Assembly (NCBI GenBank): GCA_903813345.2 | Contig: CAIIXF020000001.1 | Span: 36,332,001-36,396,000, forward strand | Direction: 5' to 3' | DNA: 64,000 nucleotides | Source: Owenia fusiformis | Taxonomy: Eukaryota | Part shown: one piece after another, positions 14,901-27,921 of the stretch | Layout: each line of letters starts with the position of its first letter | Position numbering within the stretch: position 1 is the stretch's first letter | Notes under the pieces: model-generated | What the model saw: the letters and a program-made list of their open reading frames with translations, nothing else | Database searches by the model: none | Told to the model about the DNA's origin: nothing | Program-made: the position numbers and the translations under genes

Positions 14901-15934
14901 ACAAATCACAGCCCTACATTTCTGCTTGGACACAAGATCAAATTCCCATTTTATTAAAGGCGATGAAAGTTACACTTGAAGATATGAGAATCAAAACTAA
15001 AATCATTTGAATTAATATAGTCAGAGGATAGTGTTGCTATTGAACTGATGGAGGCTCAGGGTACTGGACATGTTGTCTGTTCTTTTATGTTACTCCGCAT
15101 CTACCTGAATCATGTTGATTGAAACATCATAACGTACTAGAGTATGCTCAATCAGGGTTGGAGCTACTATAGCTCTGGTAGATCTGGGACGGGGTTGTGC
15201 ATTTCAAGATCCAGCCCTGTAAGGGAAGCCTAAAGTTAATTCAGAGATCAGATATATTTCTGAACTGTGATATCCTTTATAAGTTTTCTCTGATCTAACA
15301 TCTGATTTATCACCATGGGATTTATTTTTATCATCAAGAGATCGAGTGCAATCAACTGACAAGTTTATAAAAAGTTCATAAAAGTTGCACTCGCACATAT
15401 AATTTATTTTATGACACGGTCACATATAGAAATGATGTTTAATGCCAAAATGTACATAATTAGAATCAATTTTGATCAGTGGATGAATGGTTGTTCCTCA
15501 CATTTATTTAAAAACTTTTAGATTATTTCACTGTTTAAGCACAATTGCCTGCCTTCTTTTTTTTCTCTTGCTTTAGCTCACGCTGAACACTTTTGTAACA
15601 CTTATTTTCTATGTTCATCAGTAAATAGAACCATTTATCACAAATTATATGTTCTTTATTTGAGAAAATAGCACTTTTAAAACAAAATCTGACACAAGAT
15701 GAACTCTAAATCGCTTCATAAATATTTATTACCCTCGTAAATAACTGTATAATATGAGAGTTAGAATAACCTTATGCTTTTTAGAAAAAGTCAATAGTTT
15801 GAGATTACTTAAATGCCATATGTGTGTTAATATATTTTAATGTAGGTTAAAGACTGTTATAAGTACATAAGTACATATTGTTAAACGTATGGCCTTGTAT
15901 TAGTACTGTTTTATCTTCACAATAAGTCATTTAG

Positions 15935-16505
15935 TCATCAATTGTAAAAATGTCATAAATTGTAACAATGTCATCAGTTGTAACAATGTCATCAATTGTA
16001 ACATTGTCACCAATTGTAACAATTTCACCAATTGTAACAATGTCATCAATTGTAACATTGTCACCAATTGTAACAATGTCATCAATTGTAACAATGTCAT
16101 CGATTGTAACAATTTTACCAATTGTAACAATGTCATCAATTGTAACAATGTCATCGATTGTAACAATGTCACCAATTGTAACAATGTCACCAATTGTAAC
16201 AATGTCACCAATTGTAACAATTTCACCAATTGTAACAATTTCACCAATTGTAACAATGTCATCGATTGTAACAATGTCATCGATTGTAACTATGTCACCA
16301 ATTGTAACAATGTCACCAATTGTAACAATTTCACCAATTGTAACAATGTCATCAATTGTAACAATGTCACCAATTGTAACAATGTCACCAATTGTAACAA
16401 TGTCACCAATTGTAACAATTTCACCAATTGTAACAATTTCACCAATTGTAACAATGTCATCGATTGTAACAATGTCATCGATTGTAACAATGTCTTCAAT
16501 TGTAA
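15935..16505. repeat. 18-bp minisatellite (caattgtaacaatgtcac/at)
   Basis: About 31 tandem units. A unit length divisible by 3 explains the repetitive ORFs on both strands. Confidence 0.95.
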
Positions 16506-18199
16506 TTCCAGTGAGGTTGAAAGATTGTACTCTTTCTGTTGATTATCTTGATTTCAATATATTGTGTTATTTTTGTTTACTGGTATTATGCATATAAACC
16601 ATGAGTTTAGTCTTGTCTGTATAAAAGAGTTTATAAAGTTCACAATTTTATTATCGCACCTTTTGGTTGCTTTATTGTGATCAGTTCTTTTGTTGTTATC
16701 AGAATATAAGATGATTGGATGATGGTATCATCTGAAAATATAACATTTTCATCAAAGAACTTAATAAGCCTGGGGGGCTAAGACTTTGTGCAAGACTACC
16801 TTGTAAAGTCCAGTACAAAAATTCAAAGTGATTTGAATACATGCTGTGTTATCTTTGAAGAAGCAATATTTCCCTTTATCCTGATTTTGAGCATGTTAAT
16901 TGCTATACTATCTAAGAGATACCCCTAACATATGCTCTTGAAAGCTAATTATATCCCCAACCTTGATAAAACCCAGAAAACACAAGCTTGCAGAAAGAGA
17001 GCATCTTTATTGATAGTATATAGCATACCTTAGACAAATTGCAAAGATAACCAACATACTGCGAACTCTAGAATGCTATTAGAGGATGTCCCTCGGGTAA
17101 TAATAGTAAAGCAGTGGAATTCCTTTGATTTTAAATTGCTTAATTTACATGTAGACGTGTTACTTTAGCACGTGTTACTTTATTTTAAATGCCATATTAG
17201 GTGTGCCACAATGAAACAAGTGCAAAAAGTGAAAATCCTGGTCATCGCAATTCCATCATGTACTAAGATTAAATAATCTTTTTACGTTCAATTATTCACC
17301 CATTCATCTCATATATTGACATAAGAATTATAAAAGTAAATTCTGAATCGATTGATTCAGAGTTTTGTATGTAAAGGATAATCAAGTATAACAGTACAAT
17401 GATAAAATGTTAATGTGACATAACTCATTTGATTTTATTAATATGAAAATGTCTACTTACACGTCTCTGTTCACGGGTCACCAAATACAAATCTTCATCT
17501 GTCTCTGTTCACGGGTCACCAATTAATACAAATCTTCATCACTCGCTCTTTCCAATGTTAACTCTGTGTGTCATTTTTTAAATCAAGAACGTCAAAGTTG
17601 TTCATGTATTTGTGAAATTGAACTGGTTGTTCATAAACTGAATCAGTGTTTGATGAGTTACTGCCTGGATCATCCAATCCTTTGCAGGTGAAGTATCGAT
17701 GTATTGTTTAATATTTTACCGCATGTTTAACCAAACTGATGCTCTTTCATTTAGTGTCTTATGAAGAGCTTATGTTCTTACCATGTCTATAGGCCACTAA
17801 TGATCTCTGATCTTAAAACTATATCTGTGGCGGACCATTCATGACTTATATACTACAGTAGCTTTGTGTGAAAACTTTGGAAGCCAATTGGCTGCTGGGG
17901 AAATCCGGCAAACAATAGTGCAATGTTTTATTATTTTCTTTACAAATGCTGTCAGTAGATTCGGTACATTTCCACATTCCACATGATTTGGTCGCATTGT
18001 TGTTTCAACAGCCCTCCATTACATTTAACTTTCCATATACATTATTTACTACAAAGTTTAATTTGAAAAGTTAAGATGTAAGATGACTTACTACAAATGT
18101 AGGTAGAATGAGCATGCATGTACATGTAATGTTATAGTGATTGGTGATACATGTGATATGGGGGTGCAGCCCTCTGGTAATGATGTTTTGGGGTCTAAG

Positions 18200-18560
18200 T
18201 TGTCTGAAAGGTGTTCTAGATTATTTATGCTAGGTGTTCAGGAATTTAAAAATGTTCTGTATTCTTTATACAGGGTGTCCAGGAATTTAATGATGTTCTA
18301 TACTGTAAAGGGTGATCGTAAAGTAAAATGAAAAGTGCTATATTCAGGATGTCTAGGAATTTAACTATCATCTTGATTTTAAACACAGGGTGTCCGGGAA
18401 TTTAAATGTGTATATGGAGTGTGTCCATGGATTTAAGGATGTTTTAGATTTATTTGAAGGGTTTCTAAAAATCTTAAGGTGTTCTATATTGTATATACTG
18501 TACAGGGTGTTTAGAAATTTAAGGATCTTCCACATGGACATGGTGTCTAGGATTTAAGGA
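18200..18560. repeat. Degenerate tandem repeat (cagggtgtctaggaatttaa core)
   Basis: The core motif recurs about 8 times at irregular spacing. Confidence 0.55.
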
Positions 18561-20524
18561 AGTTCCCTGTTATATATACAAAACCATATTCTCTCATATA
18601 TATGTAATGGTAACTGTACAATAATCTGATTGAGTATGATACAAGAGAAGATCAAAGGAATTCACCTGGCTCTGAGTTTTCTCAGTGATTATTGAGATCT
18701 TGTCTTCTAATTGTGGCTTAACCTGGCTTTACCAAAGCAAACAAACAAACAAATAAACTGGCAGTTAAACTACAGTAAACAGTCTAGCAATTAGTCTGTT
18801 CATTCTCATAGACATTTAGCAATAGATATTTCTCATGTTATCTTAAAGCTTTATCTTTTGATTTTTGTTCGACACAATTCTTAAAATCGCGGATTCGGTA
18901 GTATTGAATCTCTAATAAAGATGGCGCGAAAGTTTTTCCTTATAAGGTCAAAATATTTCCCATGATGCAGTTCGCGGGGGAACAAAATTTTTCTACCTTG
19001 TTTTTCCCCGTTGGTTTAACATGGGGATTTTCATACCCATTTTTCAAGCGATATTTTCGATCGAATCTCCATGCGATCGGAGAAAACAAACTATCAGAAA
19101 CAATTAGTCTTTTAATAATCTTTATATAACATATATTTTTTTTCATTTTATTGGCTCCTAACGGGGTGAAAACAATGATTGAAAATGGGAGTATATTCCG
19201 GAAGAGAAGAAGTCACGTGACTAGTCGCCATATTGGAAAAAGCAATTCCATTCGACTTTCAACACGTTCATGCCAATATTACCGCACTACAAACTGTAAC
19301 ATCGATGCAACAACTGAATAAAAGTACTCATCTTCATATTACATTATAGAGTTACGTTGAAAACCCACAAACAACTGAGCATTTGACCAAAGAAGACACG
19401 TCGCTATTATCTAGGTCAAGTTTAGTGGTTCGAAAGCAAATCTTACATACTCGTTTCCGAATTTTGTTGTTAATTGTATAATCTTTTATTGATTAAATCT
19501 GGTATACTGACTATTAATTCAATGACAAAGAAGAAGAATTCCGATGGTGTCATTTTTTTATTTAGCTTGCGGGTGTAAAAACAAAATTGCGTAATTAATT
19601 TGATTTAGAACTTTCGGGTCTCACAAATAGCTACACGAAATGCATCGTTGAAAAATATTGACCAATCAAATTTTGTCCTTTTTGAGTACATATATGCACC
19701 ATATATGCGAACGTTCTGATTCAAAGAGCGAACAGCGAAATGGAGAATTATAATATAGTACCAGTGATGCAAAAGGGAGGCTCGAGTAAGGTGTTGAGAG
19801 GCAGTGGGCAGAGACCCAATCTGATGTCTCAAATAGACAGAAATGAATTTTTTGGAACGATTATCGCTTTAGTAGCAGGAGAGCAAATACTCACATTTCT
19901 CCTAAATATTCAACTTCTCGTCATTTTTTTGCTGGTTACCAGCTATTCCATCATCATAATATTTGTGGTTTAGTTCTAGAGTGACAGCTATGTTTTATTA
20001 TATCTTGTGGTTAATGTTTTGTATGGTGTATCTAGGTGCATGCTGGGGGTTTCCCGTCTGTGCTCTCCTGGTGTGGTTTGAGAAAATGTCATTAACAGGT
20101 AGTATCCCGCAAATTTCTGAATGCTACAGCAAATGTTTGTGTTAAAATAATGCACCAAACTAGGACAAAGCTGAATGTTTCATAGTTCTATAATGACTGA
20201 AATTGAAAAAATCATTTAAACTAGGATGGGTACCTCATCTGGATTTCCAAACCTGGTGCAAGAGTTTCCGATTATTGTCCATTAATCAACTCAGGTTTGC
20301 CTTGTTGAAAGGGTTATAACATGGTTGCTCATAAAGCTATCCTAACTAATCATAAACCTGTTCTAAAGAGTTCATTTACCTTTAACATATATTCATCATT
20401 TTTGTGTACCTTTTGCTGATTGTATCATGTGTATGTTGGGACTGAAAGTTTTCTTTGCACAATTTTTTTTTGCTTTGAATACAGACCAACTGCAAGTCAA
20501 TGTGTGATTTTAATTTGATTGTTA

Positions 20525-21070
20525 TTATGTCACCATGAAGAAGTGGTAACATATTGTTATGGTGTCCGTTTTTTGTGGCGGCGGTTGCTGGTTGGCAGGT
20601 GGTGGGCGGCAGTTGGTGTCTGTAACAAATTCTTAAAACTTCCAATAACTTTAGATTTAAGATTTGACCTTCAATGACCTTCTCAAGGTCAAAGAAAGGT
20701 CAAAATCATCTACAAGTTCTCAAAAACTCATATCTGACTAAAGATTTGACCTTCTATGACATTCTTTAGGTCAAAAAAGATTTAACCTTCAATGACCTTC
20801 TCAATGTCAAAAAGGTAATTTTTCAACTTGCTTCAAATTGATCAATTTCTTTTTCAAAATCGCCTACAAGTTCTCAGAAGTTCAAATTGACCATTTTTTC
20901 AAAATCATCTACAATTTCTCAGGAGTTCAAATCTGACTTTAGATTTGACCAATTCTTTTTCAAATTCATCTATAGAGTTTTCAGAAATTCAAATCTGACT
21001 TAAGATTGAACTAATAATATTGTGAGCACCTACTGTAGGTGGTGACATTTTGTCATGTTAATGCCTTGTT
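20525..21070 (+). mobile_element. HINE-like element, family B
   Basis: 5' atgtcacca...tggtaacat hairpin; degenerate GGC-rich microsatellite; internal gatttgacctt/aaggtcaaa repeats; 3' subTIR tggtgacat at 21040-21048; ends cttgtt. Confidence 0.6.
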
Positions 21071-21084
21071 ATAATGTTGTTTAG

Positions 21085-22065
21085 TTTTTGGCTCTCATGG
21101 TGAGCTATTCTTATTGTCCACTTGTCTGCCTGTCCGTCTATCTGTCTGTCTGTCAACACATTGGCAGCTAATTCAAAATCCTCCACAGCAATTAGAACGA
21201 TTTCACTTTTAAAATGTGTCTATATGAGGTTGTCAATTGTTTCGCAAGTGGCGGCTCAAAAGCTTGCCTTATTTCAAAAGGTTTTGAGCTCTTTTTTTGG
21301 TTATGACTCCACAAGTTTTCAAACCAATTCGCTTGAAATAGTACAGGTACTTTAATTTATAGGTTATCAATTAAGGCCTACACATTTCAGCAAAAGAAGT
21401 TGCAAAGATTCAAAATGGTCACAACTTTTATTGCGGAAAAATCAGGTTTTCAGTTTGTCTTTGGTCATAACAGCAAAACATGTCGCAAAAATTCAAAATG
21501 GCTGCCACAGTCTTATTGCAGAAAATCAGGCTTTAAGCTCTTTTTTTATCATAACTTCACAAGTATTCCATCAATTTGCTTAGAATTGTACAGTTACCTT
21601 AATTTCTAAGTTATCAATAATGTTTACAAGCTTCAGCAAAATATGTCGCAAAGGTTCAAAATGGCTGCCAATTTTATTGTAAAAAAATCACGTTTTTAGT
21701 TTTTTTGTCATAACTTCACAATTATTTGATCATCAATTTGCTTGAAATTGTACAGGTACCTTAATTTATGGGTTATCAATACTTTGTTTACAAGTTTAGG
21801 CAAAATATGTTGCAAATTTCAAAATGGCCGCCACTTTTATTGCATAAAAATCATGAATAAACCTACTTTTTAGTGTGATTGTGAAATTCCTCTGTTCCAA
21901 TTTCATTATAGAAAATGGTATTTTCATTTCAGCTAGCCAAGTACAAAATTATTATCAACCTTTCATAATGTGCAAAAACTTAATTTATTCTAAGTTCCTA
22001 CGGTGAAACATTAAACATATTGAAACTTTCCTATGTGAGCGCAGTACCCATGGTACCATTCATTT
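21085..22065 (+). mobile_element. HINE-like element, family C
   Basis: 5' gctctcatggtgagct hairpin; (TCTG/CCGT) microsatellite; ~150-bp tandem units containing caaaatggcygcc; 3' atgtgagc followed by hairpin gtacccatggtac. Confidence 0.65.
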
Positions 22066-22269
22066 ATAGATTATACTTAAATGTTTTCACCCTCTCTGTT
22101 GTGTACACTTGACTCAATGCTGGGGAGATCACCGCTGATGTCCATATGGGGATGCCACGAGGGTGCAATAAAATGGAACTACTATGCATAAAAGTTGCAT
22201 ATACCTGTTTGGGGGTACAATATATAGGGGTACCATAGAATTATTGCTTCAAGGTTTAATCATCTTTAA

Positions 22270-22450
22270 TTATCCCAAGGAACAAAGTTTGTTAGGGATA
22301 TAGCAAAGCCATTAGTCCATTATTCATGTATCCGTCCAATTGACTGTCCAGTAAATATCTCATATACTATAATAAAAAGACCAATTTTCATCATTTTCAG
22401 TGGAAGGTTGTAAAATATTGTATGTGTTACACAAAAAAAATGAATTCAAA
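22270..22450 (+). mobile_element. Decayed 5' fragment of family-A HINE
   Basis: ttatcccaaggaacaaagtttgttagggatatag resembles the 5' end at 9998. No 3' end found. Confidence 0.55.
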
Positions 22451-23634
22451 ATGTGTGATTATCTTAAGCTCTGATCACACCAAAGTAGATCCTATCGCAT
22501 CATAAAAATTATAAAATGAGCTGTGGTTGGTATTATATCTAATATATGATGCTAGTTCTGAAATGTTTTGTTTTGATTATATACTTGGTTGTTGTCTTTG
22601 TATTGACATAGATATATCACCATCACTATCCTTTACATCTGGGCATGTCTCGTATATCTAGTTGAGAGTCATTCATAAAAATGTTTAAATCAGTACTTGA
22701 CAGATAAGGTACCCTACCTTAAATATCTGAGTCACATACTTCAGGAACATGTGTCACATATTAGTCAGAGCTGGTTAAGAATCATGTTTAGTTATGTCCC
22801 TACAACTTTAGATCCGGCTATGGTGACATTTTAAGGTCTTCTTTCTCGAGTGTTACATTAATCAGTTTCTTTCATGTCAGTTATGAATCCATATCTCCAT
22901 TGTTATGTGTATTTAGAAGTCTATATTAAGATATAAGTTGGGGCTTAATAGGATATTAATTTCAGATGTTTTTTAGTTCATACAGTATTAATCCTTCAAA
23001 TAGAATCAGTAGAAGTGTATAAGGCATCACCTTTTGAAGTTTCATGAGTGTCAATAGGTGTATATTAGTAGAGGTATTGCAATTAAATTGAAATATTTAC
23101 TAATTTTATGACATCAGTCATTGTTATAGATATTGTTTTGTGACCAGCATCAGCTTTGGCAACTGTAACAATTATTACACTTTTTGCAAAATAATGAATT
23201 TCCAGATTGATTTGAAACTTCAACGATGAAAATTTAATTGACTTTATTTTATCACAGAAATATGCACACATGCCAATGGGAAAGGACCAGAAAATTATTA
23301 TAGAACACAACAAGAGAAGCAAAACAAACACCAACTATTCCGAATCATAATCTTATTTGAAAAAACAACAACAATGTATAATACCCCCTCCCCAACAATT
23401 CAAGTACAAATATCACAATTAGAGACTGTAACACCGATGGACATTTCATTCATACTTAAGTCATTACATTTTAAGTCATTAAAAACATATTCATCCACAT
23501 CCAAGCCTAATTTGTGTATTATAGAATTGGATGTTTTATTCCATTTCCATACTGTGATAGATCTACCAAGTGATATTCAAATTAATTCTTCCTCCTATAG
23601 CTCTATCCTTAATACTGTAGTAGTGCAATGAACT

Positions 23635-23947
23635 TTAAAGGTTATTGGAGTTTGTCAATCCGTCTGCACGATCACGGAGACCCTTCTCATACTTTATTTC
23701 CCTGGTGTTGGTTGCTTGGAGTGACCAGATAGTTTGCACTTTTAACGCTCTACTTGCTTTTCCTGCTTTTCCTCCTTTTCCTCTTTTTCCTCTTTGTATG
23801 CTTAATTCCCTTTGTGGTTTGCACTTTCCCCTTTTATTGACTTTGTGTACCAATATTGATGTGGCTGAGTTGGAGTATTTTGGTAAGTGGTCCGAAAATG
23901 ACTTTAAACTATACAAAATTTTTCCGGTTTATACACATGCTGTCTAA
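23635..23947 (-). mobile_element. Possible remnant of the N-terminal region of a CR1/L2-type LINE ORF
   Basis: A basic RGKRGKGGKAG segment followed by R..N..NL resembles the stretch that precedes the APE domain in many invertebrate CR1/L2 elements. No recognisable endonuclease motif remains. Confidence 0.3.
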
Positions 23948-24782
23948 ATAGTCAATTAATCCCATACCCTAACAGGTTAAACATAATTTTTAAATAAAAT
24001 AAATATACATAATATGTTTTAGACTATACACCATACACTGAAGCGTTCATGGACTTGTTAATATAGTTCAGGGACCCAGTTATGTCTTATTTATTGAATC
24101 CATGCAGGGAAGGGGAGTGTTTCCATGGACTAAAACGTTAAACCCACCTATGCCCAGTCACAAGCCTGAGGAACCTGCTTTTATATCTAATGTGGATTTT
24201 TATCTTACCAAATATGACTTCAATATTAATATGGGTTAAACCTATAATAAATTAAATACTGGATATGACAAATAAATAAAATCAATTATAATATACCTAC
24301 ATGATGTAGATATCTAAATGTTGGTCTGAATTTATCTTTGTGGAAAGATTGTATGCTTTAGTTGCTCTTTAACAAAACATGTGGGACAGTGTATCTATAT
24401 ATTACAAGATGTCCGTTGATCCGTCCGTCCGTTTTCTGGCTAGATCAAAATGTTTAACCCTCAAGTCTGGACCCTGAAGAAATGAAAATGACTAACATCA
24501 CAATCAAATACAAGACAACCAAGACAAAGAAAGAAGTAAAAAGACAATAAAGAAGAAAGAAGACAACGACTGAAGACACTGATGTAGCAGCAACAAATGA
24601 CGTCCGTCTGTCTGTCCATGCATTCATCTATTAATCCATACATAGATCTGTGTAATAGCTCAAATACTGGTTCACTTCTTCAAACACATTTGTACCAATT
24701 GTGAATCGCCCTCATCTTAATACAGTACAACCTAATATGAATTATTCTCTAGTTTTCATTTTAAAGGTCCATAAGTCTATTG

Positions 24783-25307
24783 TTACATACAGAAATTCAA
24801 TTCAAACATGTTTGTTTCCTTTCTCGTAACAAATAATCGTGTGGTGTCACAAATTTCATATTCAAAATTTCCCCAAAAATTGTACATGTTACTTATAAGA
24901 ATGTTCAAAGCAGATTGGTCAAATCTATGACAATTCCTGTAAGCACTTCTATCTTTACTCTCTTCATCACATTTGATTCTAGAACCAACTGGGGCGATGC
25001 ATTGTGCATTTAATGCACATAATAAAAACCATTGAAAGAAATGTTCATAAGCAAATTTGGTGTTGTATATTAAAAGTGCACCACATCCATATGTAGTGCG
25101 TCCTCTCATCTCTTGCTCATCTGCTGGGAGAAACTCATACATATCAGGGTGGGTCACAGCAGATATTTTATTTATGAATGTGTTGATAAAAAGCACCAGT
25201 CCATTTCCATTTTTCATTTTCTCCCATAGTGTCTCTGTTTCTCCTGTTTTGAAACGAATTGATGAGTCAACCCAGAATACACCTACTCTGTGCTCTGTCA
25301 TCATCTC
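24783..25307 (-). CDS. DUF1647-like protein, copy 1, last coding exon
   Basis: Acceptor ttttag|GAG ATG at 25307. Encodes EMMTEHRVGVFWVDSSIRF...CALNAQCIAP...CHRFDQSALNILI...stop. The WxDxSIR and HRxDQS motifs are typical of DUF1647 (PF07801-like). Confidence 0.85.
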   Translation of the reverse strand, partial: EMMTEHRVGVFWVDSSIRFKTGETETLWEKMKNGNGLVLFINTFINKISAVTHPDMYEFLPADEQEMRGRTTYGCGALLIYNTKFAYEHFFQWFLLCALNAQCIAPVGSRIKCDEESKDRSAYRNCHRFDQSALNILISNMYNFWGNFEYEICDTTRLFVTRKETNMFELNFCM

Positions 25308-25937
25308 CTAAAAACACAATTCTTATAAATTATGTATATAATATTAATTACAAATACTCCTTAGATTTTGTTATTAATTAGAAAAAAATCATTTCAATAA
25401 ATTCCAAATGAAATTGATTGTTTTCAATAAGGGAGTTGCTATATAGCTGAATAAATAGATGTTACCACTGATTTTTATTTATTATTTATTTTGTTGGCCC
25501 AGACTGCCATAGGCTTATTATGTTAAAAACCTGCAATAGTCACTTAATTTCTTGATTTATCAACTCCAATGCATGGCTTACGATGGGATGACCCTGTCAA
25601 TATATATATTGTGATTAATCATGGAGATTTTGGTTGTCAAATGAATAAACCAAGGTAACATTGCATCAATGGAGATTTGGCCCACACCTTTTTTTAGAAA
25701 AGTTGAGAAAGTCATTGAAAATGATTTAGATAACATAACTTTATGTATTATATTTTACTGAATTCAAATATGCTATTAAAAAGGAGGTTTGATATGCAAA
25801 TCTCTTAAAATCCCCATAAAAACAATAAACTAGATTTCTATAAAAAAAAGTCCTCTGTTGAAAGGCATCAGGATAAAAAATTATTATATGTACATGTATA
25901 TGGGTTCAAGAGATAGTGCAAAGGTTCTGCACATTAC

Positions 25938-26396
25938 CTTGATTATGAGTGGCTTAAAGGCATAGGTCTTTATAATGGAGACATGTGGTGGATAAGCCTC
26001 AAAGTCAAACTGCCTGTACTTCACTCTACACATTGTTTTAATCTTTGCCACATTCTCATCTTCAAGGCCAATGTCATAGTAATAAATGTCTCGGTCAGGA
26101 TAATATGTCTGTATGCCACCTATCAGTTCCAAGCTCTCATTAAAATGATTCCTTGATGATGCTGTTACGAATACAAAATTCTGAAGCATTTCTTCTGACA
26201 GCTCAACAAATGAAGATTCTGGTGGAGGGATTTGGAGTCTTTGAAGCATCTCTTCTGTGGCTTCCAGTGGTCTCTTTGCTCTGAAGTGTTGGTCATATAG
26301 ATTATTTGTATATACAAACAGTCTTCTCTTTTGTGTCACCTGATCTGAATATGTTGCATTCCCATCACTGTGAATGAGACTCCTTCCAACAATAAG
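25938..26396 (-). CDS. DUF1647-like protein, copy 1, coding exon 2
   Basis: ttttaag|CTT...AAG|gtaatg; 459 nt, phase 0/0. Encodes FVTASSRNHFNES...YYYDIGL...FDFEAYPPHV...YAFKPLIIK. Confidence 0.85.
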
Positions 26397-26520
26397 CTTA
26401 AAATAAAGAATATCAGTCCAGTTTGATAAAACTATGTGCATACTTTGAAGTTTGGTCCCAGAGGATTGGGATTATGATATTTTATAAAGAGTACCATCTA
26501 AATCTACATGTTTTAAACAT

Positions 26521-27002
26521 TTTTTTTTTTAACATATTATTTATTTCCTTCATAATCAAAAAAATACACAAAATATCTACTACCAATCGCCATAGGCATT
26601 CTAGGTAGTTTAAATTACAATAGAGGATTAATTACAGTAATCATAGATGGTTTATTGGTAATGTGAGAGGTTGGGAGGGAGGGGGGGGGGGTTGTCACAA
26701 GATACAAATGAGAAAAACATTAATTTGATGGAAACTTATAACAGGCCTGTACAAATTGCATCACTATATCTATCAGGATTTTCTGAGAATCAATAGTGAG
26801 TTCATTTTCATAAATTAAGTATTTGACCTGTTCTGTCTTACTAGAAATAAGTTGAGTATCAAACAATAAATTTTGTTCACGAAGTGCAGTCATCATTTTA
26901 TTACGTTCATGGGTATGGCGAGGGCAGGTTAGAATGAAATGCTTTGTGTCTTCAGTAGAGCCGCAGAGGCATTTGTTGTCAATTATTCCAGTAAAATTAT
27001 GA
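26521..27002 (-). mobile_element. 5'-truncated non-LTR retrotransposon (LINE 3' end) in intron 1 of copy 1
   Basis: ORF fragment with C-terminal zinc knuckle CLCGSTEDTKHFILTC, a 3' UTR, and poly(A) (T run at 26520-26530). An 11-bp TSD gttttaaacat lies at 26510-26520 and 27003-27013. Confidence 0.85.
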
Positions 27003-27495
27003 GTTTTAAACATCACTGCCTCTTACATAATGCATCGATTAAAATGAATACATATGAAATAGTTTGAAGGCCATATACTTATTAATGGGCTTAATCAGAT
27101 TGTGACCCTCCTGGTAAAGAAATTCACAACTAGTTAAAGTAAATAAGTTAACAAGTTGTAATAGCAAAATTTGCGTATTCTAATCCAGGATTGAGCCAGA
27201 ATTGTTCCAATTTGAAGTCAGATGTTCTGTGTCAAACCATTTTAAAAAACTTCATCCGGAAAATATAATTGTGTCATAAGAGAAAATAAAAATTGTATGT
27301 TTTGCATTAACATGTACTTATTATTGAAAGGCAAATTGTTCAAGGGGAATGGATCAAAAGAGCTGAATAAAAAAAAATTTGCAAATTGAAATTTATTTTT
27401 CAGTTTTCCAATATTTTTAATATGTATTGGATGTGTTTTTTTTTCAAGTGAGAAAATTATGCAGAGAAGTTAAATTCTGTAGCTTCTTGGCTTAC

Positions 27496-27609
27496 CTTGT
27501 AATTGTTCATCATAAGATGCATGATAATAATTCCGAAAATTCCTATGGTGACGAACAATTTTAAAATATTTTTATACCTAACTTTACAGTAAAAATAAGA
27601 CAACATCAT
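27496..27609 (-). CDS. DUF1647-like protein, copy 1, coding exon 1 (signal-anchor)
   Basis: ATG at 27609, 114 nt, MMLSYFYCKVRYKNILKLFVTIGIFGIIIMHLMMNNYK|gtaag. Phase 0 joins exon 2, and a homologous exon lies at 36400-36495. The spliced product is about 365 aa with type II membrane topology. Confidence 0.75.
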
Positions 27610-27921
27610 ATATTATGTAGGTATCTTTTGTAAGTAAACTATGAAAATAGGGCACATTTATCTTTGTTTAATGTTATGACTTTGACATAACTATAAAGCC
27701 TCAAACCATTATTGAGACTTGCATTGCATATAGGCATGTAACACTCTTGGGTCATAATAAAAACAATAAAACAAAAAAGTCTGGGAAGTGTCTGTCTGAA
27801 TGGTGATTCTGAACCAAGGTAAAATATGAGATCTATAAACACCAAAACATTAATATTTCTGATGGGATAAATTAAGGTATAAAATTTTCTAAAATTAGGT
27901 ATTAGAGGTCTCAAAAATAAA

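Noticed and set aside
15927..16597. Long repetitive ORFs on both strands (209 aa, 117 aa)
   Set aside because: They are products of a stop-free 18-bp minisatellite; no splice or domain evidence.
25057..25311. Plus-strand ORFs opposite the DUF1647-like exons (also 33438, 35069) and minus-strand ORFs opposite gag/pol
   Set aside because: Antisense shadows of real coding exons.
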